20,000 bases of DNA, taken from an uncultured virus (IMG/VR IMGVR_UViG_3300050343_000275). Lineage: Duplodnaviria; Heunggongvirae; Uroviricota; Caudoviricetes. The notes under the pieces were generated by a model that did not search any database, was not told the DNA's origin, and worked only from the letters and a program-made list of their open reading frames with translations. The position numbers were made by a program, and so were the translations under genes. Positions 16,019 through 20,000 of this stretch are shown here, piece by piece. Each line of letters starts with the position of its first letter. Position 1 is the stretch's first letter. Location of the stretch: IMG/VR virus record IMGVR_UViG_3300050343_000275. One strand, written 5' to 3'.

Positions 16019-16311
16019 AAATCCATGGGAGCTAGGGGCTCATAGCCGCGAATCTTTGAGGGTCGATCTGTCTTGTGTTCGGCGCAGACAAACTCAGGGT
16101 TAATGTCTTTCTTGCGGCAGTACTTCATGAAGGTAGCCGTATCTAAGTCTTCTTCGAGATAGACAAAGTCTTTTCTCTCGTAGCTGAAAGAAGTGAAGTA
16201 CTTGCGCCAGTCATCGCCAATCAAGTCGACTAGGTATGACTTCTTGACTTTGACCCATGCGTGGCTGGGGTCTGTGAGCATAGTGAACTTGGGATGAAGC
16301 TTGGAAATCAT
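16015..16311 (-). CDS. Conserved phage hypothetical protein
   Basis: DPSHAWVKV...FSY...YLEEDLD resembles a widespread phage early-gene family (DPGHGWL...YLEEDCD). Confidence 0.75.
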   Translation of the reverse strand: MISKLHPKFTMLTDPSHAWVKVKKSYLVDLIGDDWRKYFTSFSYERKDFVYLEEDLDTATFMKYCRKKDINPEFVCAEHKTDRPSKIRGYEPLAPMDL

Positions 16312-16408
16312 TGGAATTAATGTTGTTAGAGTTGTAGAAATCGTCGGGCTTAATAGCCGCAACCATCAGCGCCATACGACGGGGGCGTTGCTGTTTGAGA
16401 GACTTCAG

Positions 16409-16516
16409 ATGTCGACACGTAAGTGGCAAGCTTCTGGTCGCCAGTCAGGAACTGGTGTTCTGCGTGAAGTTACCCTTGTTTATCGGGGCATTCCATACAC
16501 TGTGTGGGTGGGCTGA
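16409..16516 (+). CDS. DUF4278-like small peptide
   Basis: Ends VTLVYRGIPYTVWVG; start uncertain. Confidence 0.5.
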   Translation: MSTRKWQASGRQSGTGVLREVTLVYRGIPYTVWVG

Positions 16517-16518
16517 GC

Positions 16519-16632
16519 ATGCGAGCAATTAATTTAGACATGATGATTCGGCTTAAGGCTGAGAAGGAAAAGGCCCGGAAAGTGAAGATCCGAGCCATGC
16601 AAACTGTTAAGTGCTTGCAACCATCGAACTAG
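16519..16632 (+). CDS. Small basic peptide (37 aa)
   Basis: Hand-translated MRAINLDMMIRLKAEKEKARKVKIRAMQTVKCLQPSN; starts 2 nt after the previous stop. Confidence 0.5.
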   Translation: MRAINLDMMIRLKAEKEKARKVKIRAMQTVKCLQPSN

Positions 16633-16765
16633 ATTCATCTAGCTCTTCGAAGTAAGGATTGTGTCGTCTACTTCTTCGGTAGGCGATCCAATCGTCGTAC
16701 CATTCATTGCCCGGATAATCTTCTGGGTAGATGGATGGTGATTGATGCGTGATGTTTGATGTCAT
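16607..16765 (-). CDS. Hypothetical protein (52 aa)
   Basis: Hand-translated MTSNITHQSPSIYPEDYPGNEWYDDWIAYRRSRRHNPYFEELDESSSMVAST; ATGA-coupled. Confidence 0.6.
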   Translation of the reverse strand: MTSNITHQSPSIYPEDYPGNEWYDDWIAYRRSRRHNPYFEELDESSSMVAST

Positions 16766-17337
16766 GAGTTGCGCTCGACAGAGATTGATGCGCTGATGAC
16801 TGCACGGAATGCGATGTCATCGAAGTTGGGAATGCCAGCGAACTCTTGATATGTCTGGCGAAGTGTTAGCCAGTTGGTCATGTGCTCTGATGCCAGAGTC
16901 ACGATTTGGTTTGGTGCTTGCGGCTGCACGACAACCGGAATCTCCTGCCCCGGTTGGGACCAGGCCATGGGTGGCTCCTCTGGCTCGGGTTCGTCTAGGT
17001 AGAACTCATCGCTGAGGATTGAACGAGTTGCGTAGCCGTCTTCGGTTTTGATTCGAGTGTCTGCAAAGTGAAGACCCTCCATCAGTTGAAGATTGTCTTG
17101 CTGTTGCTGAATCACCCAAGAGGCTTGGTCTTCTCGGCAGAGAATTGCCCAGTCTTTACGTTTGGTGTTCAGGTGCTTGCCCCAGAAGTAATGCCAGCCG
17201 GGATCTTTAGTAGAGAGGACAGGCTCGCTTTCGATTTGAATTTGTGCTTTTGGTTGCTCTTTGGGTGATCTTTTCTCTTGTGATCTTTGTGGTTTGTGGC
17301 GAGCCTGTGTTGTGTGAGCAGTTGATTGGATAGTCAT
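16762..17337 (-). CDS. Hypothetical protein
   Basis: 191-aa ORF. Confidence 0.75.
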   Translation of the reverse strand: MTIQSTAHTTQARHKPQRSQEKRSPKEQPKAQIQIESEPVLSTKDPGWHYFWGKHLNTKRKDWAILCREDQASWVIQQQQDNLQLMEGLHFADTRIKTEDGYATRSILSDEFYLDEPEPEEPPMAWSQPGQEIPVVVQPQAPNQIVTLASEHMTNWLTLRQTYQEFAGIPNFDDIAFRAVISASISVERNS

Positions 17338-17773
17338 TCGTAGGTGTCAGTTGAGGGTGATTAAGTGAAATTGTGATCAGCTTTGGGTTTGCTGATCTGT
17401 AGTTTTGGAGCGATCTAAGAACAATCTTTTGATTGTCTGAAAGGCACGCTTTGGAGCCGTTCTGGTTTGGAAAGAAGTTCTTGCCGTAACCCAGGAACGT
17501 TTTGCTCTGCAGTCGTGGCCTTGTATCTTTGACTGTTGTCATGCCAGTACTGGCGGTGCTTGTTTGACAGTGAAAGTTGCGTTGTTTGATTGTGTATCCC
17601 CAAGAGTTGAGGACATCAACTACAAAAAAGCCCTGCTCCTGAGTAAGAAGCAGAGCTGACCCGATGGTTGGGTAACCTTCAATGTCTTTGATCACCATCT
17701 TTCCGAAGATGGAAAGAGGTGTAAGCAGTCGCTGATTACCGGGAGTAGCAGTCAGGATGAGGTCGGGTTTCAT
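17207..17773 (-). CDS. Hypothetical protein
   Basis: 188-aa ORF, ATGA-coupled start; the tail overlaps the next gene by 131 nt. Confidence 0.6.
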   Translation of the reverse strand: MKPDLILTATPGNQRLLTPLSIFGKMVIKDIEGYPTIGSALLLTQEQGFFVVDVLNSWGYTIKQRNFHCQTSTASTGMTTVKDTRPRLQSKTFLGYGKNFFPNQNGSKACLSDNQKIVLRSLQNYRSANPKLITISLNHPQLTPTNDYPINCSHNTGSPQTTKITREKITQRATKSTNSNRKRACPLY

Positions 17774-17934
17774 TCGTTGTCGAAGATCCCGCTATCTAGA
17801 TACTTTTCAATCGCGCAGTAATAGAGGTCATTACTGTCGAACAGTGCCTTCAGGCTTGTAGGGTCTGCAGCCTCCATTGCGTATGCAAGGCGTTCAGCAA
17901 ATGACCCGCCGTGCCTTTTCATGCGCTCGATCAC
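17770..17934 (-). CDS. Conserved phage hypothetical protein (GGSF..LA.A...AD type)
   Basis: MKRHGGSFAERLAYAMEAADP. GTG 17934, preceded by AAGG, is preferred over 18156, whose extension is Ser/Thr-rich shadow frame. Confidence 0.6.
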   Translation of the reverse strand: MIERMKRHGGSFAERLAYAMEAADPTSLKALFDSNDLYYCAIEKYLDSGIFDNE

Positions 17935-17956
17935 ACGGAACCTTTGTTGTCTGAAG

Positions 17957-18220
17957 TCACCGAAGTGAATCTTGCGACTCGGTGGACTTGATGGTCCCGT
18001 TCGGATCGATAAGCGAGGAAGGGGTTCGGTTAACAGGGAGATTGTTTTGCAGGCATCTGAGGATGTGCATGTACTCGTGGATGTTGTCAGTGTCGTAGAG
18101 CCAGATGAGTCCTGTGATCCTGTCTGTGACTTGGATTTGGCCGAGAGCGTTGTCATAGATCTGAGGTAGGTAACGGCTGATGGAGTTGAAGCCTTTGTTC
18201 GAGTCTTTGGTCTGTGCCAT
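17957..18220 (-). CDS. Hypothetical protein (MAQTKDSNKGF...)
   Basis: Protein-like part of ORF 17957..18358, from the internal ATG. Confidence 0.55.
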   Translation of the reverse strand: MAQTKDSNKGFNSISRYLPQIYDNALGQIQVTDRITGLIWLYDTDNIHEYMHILRCLQNNLPVNRTPSSLIDPNGTIKSTESQDSLR

Positions 18221-18374
18221 TGATGAATTTGCGGATGGCTTTGGCTTTGTCGCCGTCAGCGCTTTGCGGGTTGATCGCCGCTTCTCGCCGGGCCGCATGA
18301 AGGAGTTCAGAAGCCGCATGGCGGAGAGAGAGAAGGCAATCAACTTCAGAGCGAACATTCATGTTGTACGACAT
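18153..18374 (-). CDS. Hypothetical protein
   Basis: Helical core EVDCLLSLRHAASELLHAARREAA; start at 18374 or 18362. Confidence 0.55.
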   Translation of the reverse strand: MSYNMNVRSEVDCLLSLRHAASELLHAARREAAINPQSADGDKAKAIRKFINGTDQRLEQRLQLHQPLPTSDL

Positions 18375-18447
18375 ATCGCTCACATGATGGCGGAATGGCA
18401 ACATAGTGCAAGCCCCAGCAAGCATGACGCCTGCCGGGGCAAGTGGG

Positions 18448-18786
18448 TTAGGCGCTGGTCAGTCGAGCAACGTCTGCGTTATTTGCAAGCTTTTCAGCTT
18501 CTTGACGCTCTTTGCGTTTCTTGATTGCGAACACTCTTTCAGGGCTGATTTTGCCTAGAGGGTGGGACTTGCCGTAGTAGGTAGTACCAGTTGTCTCGTC
18601 GATGAACGTGTCGTTCTTGTTGTCTTCTCCGAATTGGTGGACAATGTGATCTGACTTCATGCCTACTTGAAATGCGCTTTCAAGATGGTTTTCGTCGACG
18701 TAAGCGAATGTGATGTTGTTGAAATCAGATGGATCGTTGTAGTACCTGAATTGGAAACGCCAAATACGAGGCAATTGAAAGCTCAT
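18448..18786 (-). CDS. Hypothetical protein
   Basis: 112 aa, first gene after cassette copy 3. Confidence 0.75.
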   Translation of the reverse strand: MSFQLPRIWRFQFRYYNDPSDFNNITFAYVDENHLESAFQVGMKSDHIVHQFGEDNKNDTFIDETTGTTYYGKSHPLGKISPERVFAIKKRKERQEAEKLANNADVARLTSA

Positions 18787-18813
18787 GGATCATTAAGCGA
18801 AGTGAAACCCTCT

Positions 18814-18837
18814 AAAACGCACTGTTGAAGAGGGGCA
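18814..18837. promoter_or_regulatory. Conserved 24-bp motif, copy 3
   Basis: AAAACGCACTGTTGAAGAGGGGCA. Confidence 0.75.
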
Positions 18838-18838
18838 T

Positions 18839-18887
18839 AAAAAAACACGACCTAGAATGAACACAGAAAATGCTCATTTAAGTCGTG
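18839..18887 (-). terminator. Long hairpin plus U-tract
   Basis: Minus strand CACGACTTAAATGAGCA-TTTTCTG-TGTTCATTCTAGGTCGTG-TTTTTTT (about 17 bp with G-U pairs, one bulge). Confidence 0.65.
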
Positions 18888-19472
18888 CGACCACAAGATT
18901 TAATCCCTAACAATAGAGGGAGAATGATTAACTATTTTGCGGATAAGGCCGCAATGCACGGTGGGGATGCTGACAAAGAATATTCAGGGCGGCTTAAAGC
19001 AACGATGGGTCGTAGTCAGAACGATCGCGCTTTAGCAGCTGCAGAAATTATTCGCAGAGAGTCATTTAGAAGAGGTGATAGCGCGAACAACACTCGTGAC
19101 CTTTTCCAGTCAATGGGCATCCCCAGTGGGCGGCCTCCTTTGAATCAAGAAAGCTTGTCCAAAGTCGCAGCCCAGGACTTGCTAGGGCGCATGGATCAAA
19201 TGAATAGTGGGCAGCGTCAGCAAATGGGTGAAACCATTGCTCGTGCTGAGGGACCAGGCATCATGACTAGGGAGGGTGTTTCCCGGGCAAAGGCGCAAAT
19301 AGCAGGAGCTCTTGCTGATACAGGCACACAGGGCGACATCGCTCGAGTTGGCGCTGTCAGCCTTGGAGTTGGTGGTATTACTGCTAGTGGAGCAGCGTTG
19401 ATTGATCTGATGCAATTCCTGAGCCAGGGCCAGGAAGTTGATCAGGAGCGGAATCAAGTACTGCCTTCATGA
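18885..19472 (+). CDS. Hypothetical protein with C-terminal Gly/Ala-rich hydrophobic segment
   Basis: 195 aa; VGAVSLGVGGITASGAALIDLM suggests a virion-internal or membrane-inserting protein (inference). Confidence 0.75.
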   Translation: MRPQDLIPNNRGRMINYFADKAAMHGGDADKEYSGRLKATMGRSQNDRALAAAEIIRRESFRRGDSANNTRDLFQSMGIPSGRPPLNQESLSKVAAQDLLGRMDQMNSGQRQQMGETIARAEGPGIMTREGVSRAKAQIAGALADTGTQGDIARVGAVSLGVGGITASGAALIDLMQFLSQGQEVDQERNQVLPS

Positions 19473-19621
19473 CCATGCCACAGAAGTGGGAGTGCGATCT
19501 TTACTCCAAGGTTTTAGAAACTTTGGAGGAAGGTAAACGTACCGATAGCTCGTATTACGTGTTAGTGGAAGAGTCGCTTCGAATGTGCAGTAAAGCTCCT
19601 GAGAATACTGACGATGTCTGA
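19469..19621 (+). CDS. Small cyanophage-type protein (50 aa)
   Basis: Hand-translated MTMPQKWECDLYSKVLETLEEGKRTDSSYYVLVEESLRMCSKAPENTDDV; ATGA-coupled. Confidence 0.65.
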   Translation: MTMPQKWECDLYSKVLETLEEGKRTDSSYYVLVEESLRMCSKAPENTDDV

Positions 19622-19799
19622 AGGTCATCTGCCAAGCCTTGAATCACTCCACGATGGGATGTGGGTTGATGATGATGTGGACAAATGGGTCAGGATCTGC
19701 AAGGCGTTAAAGGAAGCCGGAAAGGATGATTGTCATTACTACAAGCAAGGTGAATCAATTGTTGGTAAAGCAAAGCTTGAAGAGTTGATCAATGGATGA
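19614..19799 (+). CDS. Small cyanophage-type protein
   Basis: WVRICKALKEAGKDDCHYYK resembles a small cyanophage family (W.KIK.ALE.AGKTD..YY), from memory. Confidence 0.7.
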   Translation: MSEGHLPSLESLHDGMWVDDDVDKWVRICKALKEAGKDDCHYYKQGESIVGKAKLEELING

Positions 19800-20000
19800 T
19801 TTCAGGTTGGCCGGGACGGAGTTGGAATTAGACATCCGTGATGGGCTGTCGCCGTTTAACTTGAATGAATTGCGTAGGGCATTTCGAAGGGACAAGTTGA
19901 TACCCAGGTCGCTGACCTCTGATTTCAATGTGATGGCACCAGAGAACAGTGAACCTGAGTATGGGATGTCGGGGAGTTACCAGCCTGAAGTGGGTTATGG
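19792..20000 (+). CDS. Hypothetical protein, truncated by window edge
   Basis: MDDFRLAGTELELDIRDGLSPFNLNELRRAF... open to position 20000. Confidence 0.65.
   Translation, partial: MDDFRLAGTELELDIRDGLSPFNLNELRRAFRRDKLIPRSLTSDFNVMAPENSEPEYGMSGSYQPEVGY

Noticed and set aside
16647..16658. CGAAGTAAGG resembling the glnA riboswitch core
   Set aside because: Flanking conserved segments absent; lies antisense within a coding region and downstream of the peptides.
4083..18374. Long gene overlaps as a sign of an alternative genetic code
   Set aside because: Long conserved genes are intact in the standard code and TAA, TAG and TGA all terminate genes; overlaps are ordinary run-on tails.
17770..18425. 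Apparent triple overlapping ORFs or programmed frameshift
   Set aside because: Resolved into three ordinary genes using internal starts (18374, 18220, GTG 17934).

Overview
Gene-dense phage DNA, most likely the replication and early-gene region of a marine cyanophage (Synechococcus/Prochlorococcus-type). This is inferred from an NblA-like gene, YRG-x-x-Y (DUF4278-like) peptides and small proteins of a kind I recognise from cyanophages. Most genes are on the minus strand. The left part (1-8 kb) holds a truncated AEP primase with PriCT-2 domain, a divergent XRE-HTH regulator, a tail-fibre-like protein with a cupredoxin-like C-terminus, a PD-(D/E)XK exonuclease, two SSB-type proteins and a two-domain sliding-clamp-like protein. 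From 8 to 18.8 kb lies a long run of short, tightly coupled genes, including a Gp88-like Cys-rich protein, an NrdR-type Zn ribbon and DUF932. Plus-strand islands (NblA-like, Dps, DUF4278-like peptides) interrupt these minus-strand runs. The most unusual features are: (i) a paralogous pair of ribbon-helix-helix proteins with a conserved Cys/His domain, with four 8-bp direct repeats at the first start codon; (ii) three dispersed copies of a 'terminator + conserved 24-bp motif' cassette, each heading a minus-strand gene block; (iii) an exact 16-bp repeat flanking one small gene; (iv) a shared MS-x-DW tail on the two SSBs. No tRNA, rRNA, CRISPR array, integrase or transposase was seen. All family assignments are by-eye motif recognition, not database searches.
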